NCBI RefSeq assembly: GCF_000143415.4
Contig: NW_003314288.1
Span: 1,612,056 to 1,676,055, forward strand
Direction of reading: 5' to 3'
Source of the DNA: Selaginella moellendorffii
Taxonomy: Eukaryota > Plantae > Lycopodiophyta
Length of the DNA stretch: 64,000 nt
The position numbers and the translations under genes were made by a program. Below the pieces are notes generated by a model that saw nothing but the letters and a program-made list of their open reading frames with translations, searched no databases and had not been told where the DNA came from. Positions 10,505 to 23,488 of the stretch are shown here, in pieces (the stretch's first letter is position 1; every line of letters begins with the position of its first letter).

Positions 10505-12293
10505 CTACGCTCGCTGTCGCTTGTTCTCCACGAGAGCTTTCACGATATCCAAGCCAAATGGATCGCCCTCTTCGAGCACTTTGAGCACTGTTCCTCCGCC
10601 AGTGAAGAGATAGTACTTCGGACTGTCCATGGCTTCGTGGTAAATCCCCGGAAGCAAGCTGTGCATTGAACCAACGAGAGAATTTTAGAGAAACTTTGTA
10701 AGAACTCGTCTCGGGTAACGTACCGCTTGAAGACCTGTAAGGTGTCTCCTCCTCCAAAAAACTTTTGCGCATCTCGGTTGCGATCAATCACCTCGTCCAT
10801 CTTGCGGGTTCCCTGCCAGAAGTGAGGGACGAGCCCCATGACCGCATTGACGAAGATCGTCTTTGCGGAGGTTAGCGCCTCCAGAACCGGGCCTTCCTCA
10901 AAGGACTTTGGATCCACATCGACCACGTACTTGAACTCTTTTGAGCCGGAATCCTGCTCATTGATCACAGTTACTAGGATATGATCGACAAGCAAGCAAG
11001 AAAACTTACCTTGATCGAGATGGTACGAAACTTTCCCTCGTGGCGACCATCCGTAACGTCCGACTCAACAACGTAAGGCAGCTCAACGATTTTCTTCTCG
11101 TTCTTGTCCTGTTCCACCAGTTCTCTGGCGAGCTCAATGTCCGATTCCTGCACAGTGACAACAATCGCACCGAAAAGTTTTAGAAAAGAAAAAAACCAAC
11201 AGCGTGGACAGCAAAGAGAATGTGCTTGACGTCCATACCTCCACCCCAGCAATCTTCAAGCCATACTTTGCACACAGGAATGTGTTGAATATTAAACCTC
11301 CCAAGATGAGCTTGTCGACCTTCTTGTATATTTCCTTGAGGGGCCCGATCTTTGTGTCATACTTTGCACCCGCCACCACAGCGACGAAGGGTCTTGCTGG
11401 ATTGAGCACTAGTTTTACGTTGAAGAGTTCATCCTGCATTCAAGGAACGGGTTCAGATCAGAAAGAAGCGATTGAAATGCTTACCTGTAGGCAAAGGCCA
11501 GCATACGATGGAAGTAGCTTTGTAATCTGATATGTGGAAGCATGAGGCTGCCACGAACCAAACGCGTCATTGACATAAACATCCGCAAGACCAGCAAGCT
11601 GGATCACGAATCTTTCACGCTTGTCTCCTTTATCTTCCTCGCCCTGTGTCACAACTTAAGAAATGAACTCAAAGAACCATGAAGCTCATAGAACTTACAG
11701 CAAACCAACGAGTGTTTGGGAGATAAATCCCTCCAATCTTTCCCTCCTTCAAGTCGTGGATCAACCAGTTCACGGAAGTGTCGATATCCACGATTCCTTC
11801 GGGCTCGGTTATGTGGAACTCCGGAACCACGAACTTGATACGGAGCTTCCGTTGCAAGTAGGCAACCACGGCATCCACAGCATCGTCCTTGTTCACGGTG
11901 ATAGCTTTAGTCTTTTTGTCCAAAGGCCTTCCAATGTGAGTCATGATAATCGGCCTAGAAAAAAGGGTGCAAGAATGAAAGAGGAACTTCAAGCTAAACT
12001 TTACCTTCCTCCGCGTTCCACAATGTTATACATAGTCGCCAGAGTAACATCGATCCTGTACTGGTCCTGGACTCTCCCTGGAAGAATCGAAATCTAGAAA
12101 TCACATCCAAACGATTGCGATCGTCCTCACCTTTCTTGACAACGTTGTGATCGACGCGAAGAAGCACAATCTTGTCCCTAAGATCCGCGTCTTGCAGCAA
12201 GGGCAAGCTCGGATCCAGCTGCTGCGCCGCTTCCCTCTCGTCGTCGACGCTGTAGCCTACCTTCATCCCACTCTCGGGAAGGTATGGTGCCAT
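10505..12293 (-). CDS. Divergent phosphoglycerate kinase family protein (8 exons)
   Basis: [54 protein letters not shown]. Seven GT-AG introns. Last exon ends ENKRQRA* at 10505. Confidence 0.88.
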
Positions 12294-12518
12294 TGCTCTA
12301 GCTAAACCTATCGATCGATCGATCGTCGCGCTTCTTCTCTGCTCGAAAATCTCTATAAAGCGTCAAATGGGAGACTCTCCTGGAAGCAACACGCCAACAC
12401 CACAGCAATGCATCGCCACGTAGCACTCTCCCTCCTCCACGTGTACCGCTATGACATGCTCGTTTAAAGTGGAAAAACACAAGCCTCCGTGAGAAAATAT
12501 TCTAGGGTTTAAGGGAGG

Positions 12519-14477
12519 ATGAAGCTCGTCAAGAAGAGGATCGCCGCCGATGGCTCCGGCTCCGTCAAGGTTAGATCACTCGGCATTCTTTGCTGGATCA
12601 ATCCATTCGCCTTCTTCTGTGGGATTTGCAGCTCGTTCCAGAGGAAGACGACGATCTCTGGAATGCCTATAATCTCATTGCAAAGGATGATCAGGTCTCC
12701 GCCGTCACAATGAGGTAGAATTTCGAGGGTAGAATCTCCTGTTTGTGTCCTCATTGCGATCCTTGACACCAGAAAGGTACAACGTGAGAATTCAAGCGGT
12801 GGAAGGGACGCAGAGAGGGTCCGATTGAAACTAGAAGTTCTTGTGGAGGTGATACCATTGCAACTTTGGTAATGTCGTTTAGACTTTTTCGCATTGGTAA
12901 CAGGCAACCGAGTTCGACAATATCGCTTCGGTCCTGCGCATTCGTGGCAAAAATCTCACTGAAAACGACCATGTCAAGGTAAGCTCGTGTCGAGCAGAAT
13001 CACATTCTACATTTGTTTTTGTTTATATCAGCTCGGTGCGTATCACACTCTGGAGATCGACCTCCAAAGAGCCTTTGTGCTGACCAAGGTACTAGACGAT
13101 TTTTTTTTTCTCTGTGTTGGAAATTAACTCCTCGTTGTGAAGACTATATGGGACAACTGGGCTCTGGAGCTACTAAAAAATGCTACCGGTGAGTGTTCTT
13201 CTGAAACTATGCGACGTGTTTAGAAGCGATATGTTTTGTAGATCCTACTGCAAATGCCGATGTAGTAGCGGTGCTGATTGACGAGGGGCTAGCACACATC
13301 TGCCTTGTAGGTCAAAAGTATAGCTTCTTTTCCTAAATTTAAGCTTCCAGGTGCTCACTCCTCTTTTTTTCCTTTTACAGCATGACAACAATCAAGGCAC
13401 GTGTGGAAGCCTCTATTCCTCGCAAACGTGGTGCAGCGATTGCCGGATATGACAAGGTTTTTATTAGCTGCTCATGAAGTGTATTTGGGTTTGATACCCG
13501 TGTCCTGCAGGCGCTGAACAAATTCTTCGAGAACGTATTTCAGGTTTGTCGTCTCTAAACTTCAACATTTCCTGAAAAATTATGCTCACAGGCGCTAGTA
13601 AGAAGCGTAGACTTCACTTTGATCCGCTGCATAATACTTGCTAGTCCTGGATTTACGAAGGTTTGCACTTTTTCTGTGTTTCATCACGCAACTAATTGCT
13701 TGTGTTCTCCAGGACCAGTTCTTTGATTACATCAACCTTGAGAGCACCAGGAGGGAGATCAGGGCTATCATTGAAAACAAATCGAAGTTCATTCTAGCTC
13801 ACTCATCATCCGCCTACAAGTAAGCTTTTCGCGTCTTGTAAAGACTGGTTTTTTTCAGTTGGTGGCTGCAGGCACTCACTTAAAGAAGTCCTTGGCTCGC
13901 CCTCTGTTGCTTCTCGAATCAAAGATACAAAAGCGGCCCAAGAGGTACACTTGTTAAGACTTCCAATGTAAGCTACTTATGTAAGCTACTTACACGCAGG
14001 TCCGGGCCTTGGAGCAGTTCTTCAACATGCTATCTACAGTGAGTGAATGATTCTGTATATTGGCGACACGCCGACACTTTTTTTTCACTAGGACCCTCTG
14101 CGAGCGACTTATGGCCCCGCTCATGTGTCAGCAGCGCACGACAGATTCGCCGTCCAGACGCTTCTCATCACTGACGCACTCTTCAGGTAAACGAGCTGTG
14201 AAACTTCTTTCCTCGTACGATGTCTTTCCTTCCAGAAACGCGGACATTCCGACGAGAACAAGGTACGTCGAGCTCGTCGAGTCAGTGAAAGAAAAGGGTG
14301 GAAACGTCCACGTCTTCTCCTCGATGCACGTCTCCGGCGAACGTAAGAAATTCCCTTTCGCCTCTCGGTCTTCTCACTCACTGTCTCCATCGTTTTCTCG
14401 CAGAACTGGCGCAAATGACCGGCATTGCCGCCATCCTCCGCTATCCCCTCCCCGACCTCGAGGACCTCGAAGTATAA
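12519..14477 (+). CDS. PEL1: Pelota/Dom34 ribosome-rescue factor (multi-exon)
   Basis: GSGSVK|[84 protein letters not shown]. Confidence 0.96.
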
Positions 14478-14548
14478 AAGCGCTCGTTTAGACTAAAAAG
14501 CTATGGTATAGGGAACAGAGGGGCCAGGGAGCCCTAATCGCCAAAGCA

Positions 14549-16638
14549 ATGGAGGTGTTTCAAGTTGCTCCAACAGCTCTCCACATCCCTCATCCTCACC
14601 AGGTACTCCAATGCAGGCGCCACACCTCCTCCGCCTCCAAGGCCAGGCAGAAAATCTTCCAGCAGCAATGCCGGAAGTTCTCGTCCCCGGGCAGGACAGT
14701 AGTGCCAGTGATCGCAAAGCAGCCAGCAGTGAGCCCGCCCTCGGTGTCCGAGCGCTCCGCCGAGGGAAAGTCCCTGGATTGCGTGATAGTGGGAGCTGGG
14801 ATCTCGGGGCTTTGCACAGCACAGGCGCTAGCAACGAAGCACGGCCTGCCGGTTACCTCCATCCTGGTGACCGAGGCAAGGGAGAGAGTAGGGGGAAATA
14901 TCACGACGCTGGAGTCGGATGGATATTTGTGGGAGGAAGGACCGAACAGCTTCCAGCCCAACGATTCTATGCTCACCATGGCGGTACGTAGTCTCTTGAT
15001 TTTCTCGCGTTTTGATATTCCTTGCAGGTTGACAGCGGACTGAAAGACGAGCTTGTTCTCGGGGACCCCGATGCTCCTCGATTTGTTTTGTGGGGTGGAC
15101 AGCTTCGCAAAGTACCAGCGGGGCTCGGCGATCTTCCGTTTTTTGATCTTATGAGCTTTGCGGGAAAGATACGAGCTGGCCTGGGAGCTCTTGGATTGAG
15201 GCCTCCACCTCCGGTATGTCAAGTGTATCCTTTTTTTGTTTCTCTTTTAATAAACGGTGTTCATTATTTTCTGTTGTGCAGGGTGGTGAAGAATCCGTAG
15301 AGCAGTTTGTTCGTCGGAACCTAGGTGATGAAGTCTTTGAGAGGCTGATCGAACCTTTCTGTTCAGGTGAGTACTATTTGATTGGCGTAGATTTTCCCCT
15401 TAGTTGGATTTCAGGCGTTTATGCTGGTGATCCTTCGAAATTGAGTATGAAAGCTGCATTCGGGAAAGTATGGAAGCTGGAAGATCAAGGTGGAAGCATC
15501 ATCGGGGGAACTATTAAGCTTATACAGGACAAGAAGAAGAATCCCCCTCCGCCTCGTGATGAGTAAGTCTGATTAAAGCAGTTCTTTTTGAGATTTCATT
15601 TTCGTTGTAGGCGACTGCCGAAACCAAAGGGTCAAACTGTTGGATCATTTCGCAAGGGTCTCATCTCGCTTCCCAAGGCTATAGCATCGAAGTAAGCAAT
15701 TACAATTGCTGTGCTTTGACACAATTACGGTTGTTGTGTTCAGGCTTGGCGATAGCATAAAGCTCAAGTGGAAGCTCTTGTCTGTAAAGAAAACATCCGC
15801 GGGCCTCTATACACTTGTTTATGATACTCCAGAAGGAACCACGGCTGTTTTGGCAAAATCTGTCGTCCTCACAGTTCCATCCTACGTTGCTAGTGAGATT
15901 TTACGACCAGTTTCCGTAAGTTATTTCAAATGCTTTTTTGCTAACGTTTCTTACGATTGTGTTTCAGCCTGCAGTTTCTGATGCCCTCTCAGAGATATTC
16001 TATCCTCCAGTTGTGGCAGTAACTTTATCGTATCCTAAATCAGCCATTCGAGAAGATCGCTTGTCCAATGGAGTTTTGAGTGGATTTGGCCAACTTCACC
16101 CTCGCAGCCAAGGAGTAGAAACTTTAGGTGAGTTTCTTGACTTCTCGAGCAGGACTAAATGTTTTGTTTGCTGTTGCAGGAACTATCTACAGTTCCTCTC
16201 TTTTTCCAGGCCGTGCTCCCCAAGGCCGTGTTCTCTTACTGAACTACATAGGAGGTGCCACCAACATGCAAATATCAATGAAGGTTTGTGCCGCAGATCC
16301 ATTTTCGCTTACAACGTAATACATAATATGCGTCGCAGGAAGATGATGCTATAGTGGAAGCAGTGGATAGAGATCTCCGTAAGATGCTCTTGAAACAAGA
16401 CGCGGAGCCACCGAAAATTCTTGGTGTTCGGTTGTGGCCTCGAGCAATACCGCAGTTCACGGTAGGCCACCTGGATCATGTTGAAGCAGCTCGGTTTGGT
16501 CTGAGGAACGCTGGAGTCGAGGGGATTTTCCTGGGAGGTAACTACGTTGCGGGTGTTGCACTTGGTCGATGCGTAGAAGGGGCGTATGAAACTGCCGAGA
16601 CCGTGTCCAAGTACTTGGCGCAAGTTCTACCATCTTAG
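14549..16638 (+). CDS. PPOX1: Protoporphyrinogen oxidase 1, chloroplastic
   Basis: Transit peptide, [85 protein letters not shown]. Confidence 0.97.
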
Positions 16639-17002
16639 CCTCTATGTCTCCCCGCAATCCTGGAAGGTACGCAATGTCTTGAAAGCGATTCTTTTCAGTT
16701 GTAACTGTCAACAGTACTCGCGGACTGAAGATGTTTGACAAAAAAAATTTCAGGCAACGCAAGCAATCGTGAGTGATGTTGCCAAGGTGGTCTGTCTACC
16801 CAATGGGAAGCTGGCAACGCTTATCTCCACTTATCGATTTTGTTCGAATATTCGTCCCATTTGTCAAGAAAAATTTCACAGTGCGCTATCGTGCTTTAGA
16901 TTCTACCAGTGCGCTGCCATTCAAGCGGCTGGGGCTTTGCTACATTCCATTTTCTTGGAGCCCATGAGGGAGAGACTACCAGAGGTTCGTCTATAGTCAA
17001 GA

Positions 17003-18079
17003 ATGGAGATCGTTCTAGCGCAGCACAGGTCAGTAAGATTGGTGTTGCGTAGCTTCGATTGCTAACATTCGTTCCATACAGAGCAAATGGCTGTTCAGCG
17101 ATCCAGGCAAGAAACAGATGTTTCCTCGCTTTAATTACGTTTTCTAACGCTTTTCTCTTTTGTGTTTCAAAGATGGTACCTCGATCTACTAGATCTCCTC
17201 CACTTGCCACACTTCCAAGTCGCGGACTGTTCTCATCCAAGCTGACGAAGTTCCAGCATAAGCGGCAAAGTCGGCCCCATAAAATCTCCGCATCCTGTGA
17301 GTCATCTTTCTCTTCTCTTGCAACTGTTCTTAGAGTTTGGTGTTGTCCAGTGCCTGTCCACGCAGTTACAAGCACAGTGCAACTCTCATCCACGCTCTTC
17401 ACGCTTGCGACAACGCTGGTGATGCCCTTCTACACCATCATGATTCTAGCTCCAAAGAAAACTTGGGTGAGCTGATCTAGGATTTCAGTTTTGTAGCTTA
17501 GCTAACTCACATCTTCTTTTCCAGACAAAGCGTGTAATTGAAAGCAACATCCCTCACGTCGTCCTCGGAGCCATGTACACTTATCTTCTATCCATTTCCT
17601 GGACGCCTAACACTCTACACTACATGTTTGCAACCAAGCACTACCTTCCAGAGGTATTTACAGCTTTCAGCCAAAAGGAAAATTCTAGCAAAACTTCTTG
17701 CAGCTCGCTGGGATTACTCAAATGTTTGCCAGCACAGTAACCGTTGCATCCGCCTGGGTGCATCTTCTTGCCGCTGATCTATTCGTAGGAAGGTACTCTG
17801 TGAATTCACTTTCATACCTCGCCTAAACTCTTGTTTCCAGACAAATCTATCTCGAAGGGCTGGAACACAACATTGAAACTCGCCATTCGTTGATACTGTG
17901 CCTCATGTTCTGCCCGATCGGCATGATTTGCCACATCTTCACAAAGGTTCTCAAGCTTGCAAACTTCTCATTTTCCTTGACTGATTCCTTCGCTTTTTTC
18001 TTTTGCGTGTGTGACACAGGCTTTGACACTAATGAATCGAGTGCCCAAAGTACACCCGGAGAAAATAGCGGCTCCGTGA
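17003..18079 (+). CDS. ABA4: ABA DEFICIENT 4 (neoxanthin biosynthesis, DUF4281)
   Basis: Spliced: [16 protein letters not shown]|[24 protein letters not shown]|[22 protein letters not shown]. Start codon placement (17003) is less certain. Confidence 0.9.
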
Positions 18080-18699
18080 TTAAAGCCAAAGATTAGGATA
18101 ACATAATGTACTTTTGCGCTGTGTCCTTGAGATTGGTCAGTGGATAAAAAACAATGAGGATATTATCGAGGGTTCAGATGATAAGACACGTCATCTGACA
18201 CGTAAGCGAATGTCATATGACAGGAATTGGGGATTTTTCTTTTCCGCGCTCATGCGATACGAGCGAAGAAGGCAATTTAGGAGGACAAGTATCCATGGCG
18301 AATTTAGGGTTTATCAGCTCGCGATGGCACGGGGATGAAGCGCTATCCGCCGCACGCCTCTAGAATTTCGTGGTGCGCACCTTTTCCAGGTTAGATCTGA
18401 TCTTAGATCTCGTGTCGCGATTTTCTTTAGCTCGCGTAGGGTAGTCGCAATTTCTCTCCCCGCTTCGCGATTCTTCTCGTCAAGCCAAGGCAATGGCATT
18501 ATTCCTTCCCTGACACTCTACCGCCCGAGCATTTGGGAAATTTTTTGACGTGCCAGCGACTCTCGTCGGGGTCAGTGCTTTCTTGCGGGTCACTGTTCTA
18601 AGTAAGTTCCAGCCTTTTGGATAGTTTTTTTTCTTTTGTTCTTCCTCCTTGGAAGGACCAAACGTACTTTTGTTTGACACTATCGTCGTGCTGCAGGAG

Positions 18700-19969
18700 A
18701 TGGCCGCCGCGGAGATGAGGACCGCCTGGCACAGAACAGCTGCCACTTGCTACTTACTCCACGAGGACGCCAAGCGATCATCAAAGCCGGACGACGAGGC
18801 CTATAAGACGAAGGCACAAGGAGGGAAATACGAGCTTAGCGATGGGTGGAGTGCCGTCAGCTCGCACTACTTCTTGCCGGACAGGAAGCTAGATTTCCAC
18901 TTCCACATGGAAAACGACGGTGATCGATCGCCATCTAAGAAAAGCTTGGGCCTGGAAGCAGAGGCGGGGACTAAGTCACTCGAGTCGGACTGGCAAGCTA
19001 TAGATTCGCCATCGACGTGCACCACCGATGCAAAAGTTTTTGACAAGGACCGGTCACTAGCCGAGAAGACGAGCGTGAGCTGCAGCTTATCCGCCAAGAA
19101 TCTCGAGGTGATGGGCCAAAGGTGGCGACACGCCAACAAAAGCGAACTGGCAGCTCTCATTGCGAGGAAGTCTTCCGAGGATATGGGAAACTGTGACTTG
19201 CCGCCGCCTCTCTCGCCGGCAGCAAAAGGCTTGCTGAGACCTTCGGCCATAAAGGAGGATGTTTTCCATGGTGGTGGGGGGGAGAAGCTCGCAACACCCG
19301 GTCTCCCATCGTCCGCACCGTCATTGCCGTTTCGAAGCCTTGGAGCTTTGGATCCGAAACTGAAGAGCAAAATCCCGACTCCAGTCGAGATCTCTCAAGA
19401 AAAACCGACAGCAGAAGAAGAGAGGTAACTTACACTCCCACTTTTTTTTCGTGTGCTAGTGTTTCATACTTCTCAATTCCAGGAATGACGCTATGTTTTG
19501 GAAGAACATGGACTCGGAGCTGCTCGGGGAGGCCCTTTGCCGGTCGCAGACACGAGCCAGGGAGGCCGAGAAGCGGGCAGCCGAGGCGGTATCGGAGAGA
19601 GACCAGCTCCTAAAGCTCTTCTTCCGGGAGGCGTCCGTGTCGCTAACATACAAGCACTGGGTCAGATACTTAGAGGCAGAGAACTCGATTCTTAGGCGAC
19701 AGGAAGAAGAGCTAGGAGAGCAATGGCCCCAAGATGAAGACGCTGCTTTTGATAAGATGGACCAGCAGCACAGCTCCTCGCTCAAGCGCTCCAGCGATCC
19801 CAGCAAACAGCACCAAGAAGGCATGAGATCTAAGAAACGCAGCAGGCAGTCAGATAACTCGATGGTACTGGGATGTACAGTGGGACTGGCATTTGCTCTG
19901 GGAGTTAGTCTCGCGGGTGCTGGCTTGGTATTTGGTTGCACCATGGGCTGGATTCTCATAGCCTTCTGA
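18700..19969 (+). CDS. Conserved uncharacterised plant protein with coiled coil and C-terminal transmembrane anchor
   Basis: MAAAEMRTAWHRTAATCYLLHEDAKR, ELAALIARKS..NCDLPPP, EALCRSQTRAREAEK, LGVSLAGAGLVFGCTMGW. One coding intron (~19425-19482). Confidence 0.85.
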
Positions 19970-22434
19970 TGGCTCGATTCTTACCTCCTTTGTTATCTGT
20001 GAATATCAAATGAATCCCAAATCACGTGGTATATATATTGGTTTAGTTTTCAATTTAATGTCTTTGAGTTATTTAATCATTGAATTCAATCCTATTTCAA
20101 ACACGGTTTGTTTGCTCGCCGGCAAGAATAAATCCTTGCCTGCTTCACGCGCTTAAGCAAGACTTAGAGGCGAGTTCTCTCCGCCTTCTTAGTGTATTGC
20201 CGCACCCAGAGAACCAGGGCTCCATGACCTTCTGTACAGATCACTACATGTAGTCCAGATGATTTCGGCTCTTGCTCGATAGATAGCCGGTGAAGTTTTG
20301 GAGTTTCGTGGGGCAGCAATGGGTCTGTATTTAGTGTGTATTCCACCTATCTGCGGCTATAAAGGTAAAGGGCAAACGTAGTAGAGAATCGAGTTTAGTT
20401 ATAGCGAGTTATAAAATATAAATTGATGGCTATACAATACCATTTTATTCTCAAATTAATACTTGGAGAATATAATTAATTTTTCTATTTCTATAATCAT
20501 AAAGACAGAGAATTATTACAATAGAGTGGAGAGAATATCTAAAGTATTGCACTCCACCCTATTGTATAAAAGGCTATAGAGTTTATTCACTTTATAAAAC
20601 TTCATCTTAAAAAAGAGCTTGAAAATGTAGGCTAAGCCAATTTAGGACTTAATATATAAGAAGTAACATTCAGTAATCATTATTGTTAATTTTTTTTTCA
20701 CACAGAAGATTCCCACCTTAGGTGAGGCACTAGTAACTTGATCCAACTTGTTTAGAATTTCAAGTTTGTAGTTTAAAATAGTAATGTAATCTTATGATAA
20801 AAAAAATTTAAATATAAATAGCATACAAGTCTTTTAATAATGTATTATATAACTTCACATAAACTATTAGGGTGATGACTTGTGCTTAGACTCCGAGATG
20901 GTGATCTTGTCTATATCAATGAAAATCCTAAAAACAACAAACCATAAATTGGATTAGCTCTATTTTGTATAAACCTTCAATTCTTACTTATAAAGAAGCT
21001 TTCATAGATCCTCATGCTCGCAAGGAGGCAGAGGCTATTGCATGGCACCTCCACCTCTTCACTAAGAACCACTATGCAGTGAGGAGTGTTCACCTCGCTA
21101 GCTAGAGCATCCTCCTCATCATTAACTCGCTGCCTTAAGGGAACCTTAACTAAAGCCTCTTTCTTTACTTCATGTGAAATATAGCCTCGTCATATGAACT
21201 ATACACCTATGAGCTTGGGGTGTCCACTTCATGAGGAGGCTCAACCTCCTCCACTACCATGCCACATGGGGTCTCCTCCACCATCACCTTGTGCCCGCAT
21301 GAAGGGTCTTCATCTATAACATTATGAGGAAGGTCCTTCTTTACCACTTCGTGTTCATTGACAACCTTGCATTCAATCACCAACTTGCATTTGTCCACCA
21401 CCTCACACTACACAATGTGAAATTGCATTGTAGGGTCTATAGTAGCAACCCTGGAAAGAAATAAAAATCCAAAAAGAAGCAAAGGATTCAATGTAATGCT
21501 TACATGTCATAGATTATGATCACACCATTTGTAATGACATAAACTTTTTCTGGTTCGGCATCTTACACTTGTAAAACTACTTCTTTTGCATTCTTGGGAT
21601 TTAACACCACTTCTTCTGGGATCTCCATGGCAGTGGGATGTTCTTTTGCCACTCCCTCCACAACATCATCCTCCATTTGTGTTGTTGGCTTTGTAACTTG
21701 CAATGAAGGAGGGTTGCACACATTTGCTATATTGGCAGAAAAGAGGATAACATGGTCTTCAATCTTGAGTTTGTATCTCAACAAATATTGCCACCAAGAT
21801 ATGCCTAAGAAGCCTAGTCCAATAGAGCATGAATTTTTCTCTTCAAAAACACACAAAAACATAGATGTGCAAAAGTATATAAAAAATATCCTCACATGCA
21901 AACCTACTATCCTCAATTAGCATAACAATGCCCTAATTCCTGATGCTCTACATAATAAATGAGATGAATGAATTCATATGCATTTCAAAATTCAAAACAT
22001 ACCAGCAGAGGGCTTGCTCAAAAGTGTGTCTACATCAATTAGATAATACAAGTATTTAGGCCTAGCAAGTTACCAAATTGCCACACTATAGCCATATACC
22101 TAGGTGCCTATTGTTACTATTGATGCAAAACTCTCTACTTCTTAGCTATGAAAAGAAACACATTAGTACGTGCATTAGAGAGGAGTTGCATTAAGTGTAT
22201 AAGTATAAATATAAGTGTATAAGTGTATAAGTGTATGTATAAGTGTTGCATTATAATGCAATCATTATAACAACCACAAAATTTAAACTAGGGAGCAAAC
22301 TCAAGAAAGAAAAACTTATATTATCAATTTGCAATGCGGCTAACCACTACAATGCCAAAAATCACTACACTCAACACCCCAAACACCTAAAGAAATGTTT
22401 TGCCTCTATACTCTAATAGATCAAGCTTGCCACT

Positions 22435-22540
22435 TAATCATGCTCACCACCACACTCCAATTAATCACACTCACCACTATGCTCCAATTGATCACACTTG
22501 GCACCACACTCTAATTGATCACACTAGCCACTACATTAAA
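22435..22540 (+). repeat. ~27-bp tandem repeat, ~4 degenerate copies
   Basis: Units like taatcatgctcaccaccacactccaat / taatcacactcaccactatgctccaat / tgatcacacttggcaccacactctaat. Confidence 0.75.
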
Positions 22541-22873
22541 TTGGGGCACCACACTGCAAATAGGTCACAAGAAATAAAAGATGCATCGATTAATTGAAGC
22601 ACAATGCTTATATTAGGGCATGATATGATTGACACACACCTCCAACTGGTAGAAATGAGCCACAATTGTGAGAAATGAGAGGAGACAAATGATCACAATC
22701 ATCACATTATAATTTACACTCACAAAACTGAGACTAAAAACCCCTCACTAGATTTGCAATGATATCATATTGTCTAGGATGACATGGCATCAATTTTATG
22801 TGGTAGTCATGCCCCATGCATACATGGCATACCCCATGATAAAAACATTATACACACAATCACATTTAAATGA

Positions 22874-22876
<3 letters not shown>

Positions 22877-22941
<65 letters not shown>
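22877..22941. repeat. (AT)n microsatellite
   Basis: Perfect AT dinucleotide run. Confidence 0.98.
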
Positions 22942-22942
<1 letters not shown>

Positions 22943-23412
22943 CCCTATGTTCCATAAAGACTAAAACAACATTAAAAGCATACTCTCAAAGAAACTAATG
23001 AAATTACAAACACGAATGCCCAACATTACTTTTGGGCCATTTGTGTCCTAGGTGACTCCACTGCAAAACTAAAGCCATCTATTATGTTTCATGATATGCA
23101 AAATTTCTATAGAGCACTTCACCACCAACTTGCCTCTAGTGCTAAAACAATGCCTGATCATGATATAACTCCAATTTATAGATCCAAACAAGGTGTAAAC
23201 ATTCTCCAGGAGCATGCTACTTTGCCTCCTACACAGGATAAATGCATTAACCCATCTTACAAAGAGTTTTAGCTTTATTATATGGACTAGAAAAATGCCA
23301 CAAACCTCTTCTAGGTTTAGTATTTGAGAGGAAATATGTGCATCTCTTATGCATGCAATATTGAATTGCCTTTGTTGACCACTAGCCAACAAATATATAA
23401 ATCCAAAAAATA

Positions 23413-23488
23413 AATATATAATATAATATAATATAATAATAATAATATAATATAATATAATATAATAATAATATATAATATAATATAT
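23413..23488. repeat. (TATAA/TAA)n simple repeat
   Basis: Read directly. Confidence 0.85.

Noticed and set aside
13318-13380. Pelota intron with donor GTATAGCTT as a possible U12 intron
   Set aside because: Lacks the TATCCT consensus and a clear U12 branch point
20164-20346. 60-aa ORF at the edge of the gene island
   Set aside because: Non-ATG start, no recognisable homology
22435-22540. 27-bp repeats as a CRISPR-like array
   Set aside because: Head-to-tail degenerate tandem repeat without spacers, in eukaryotic context
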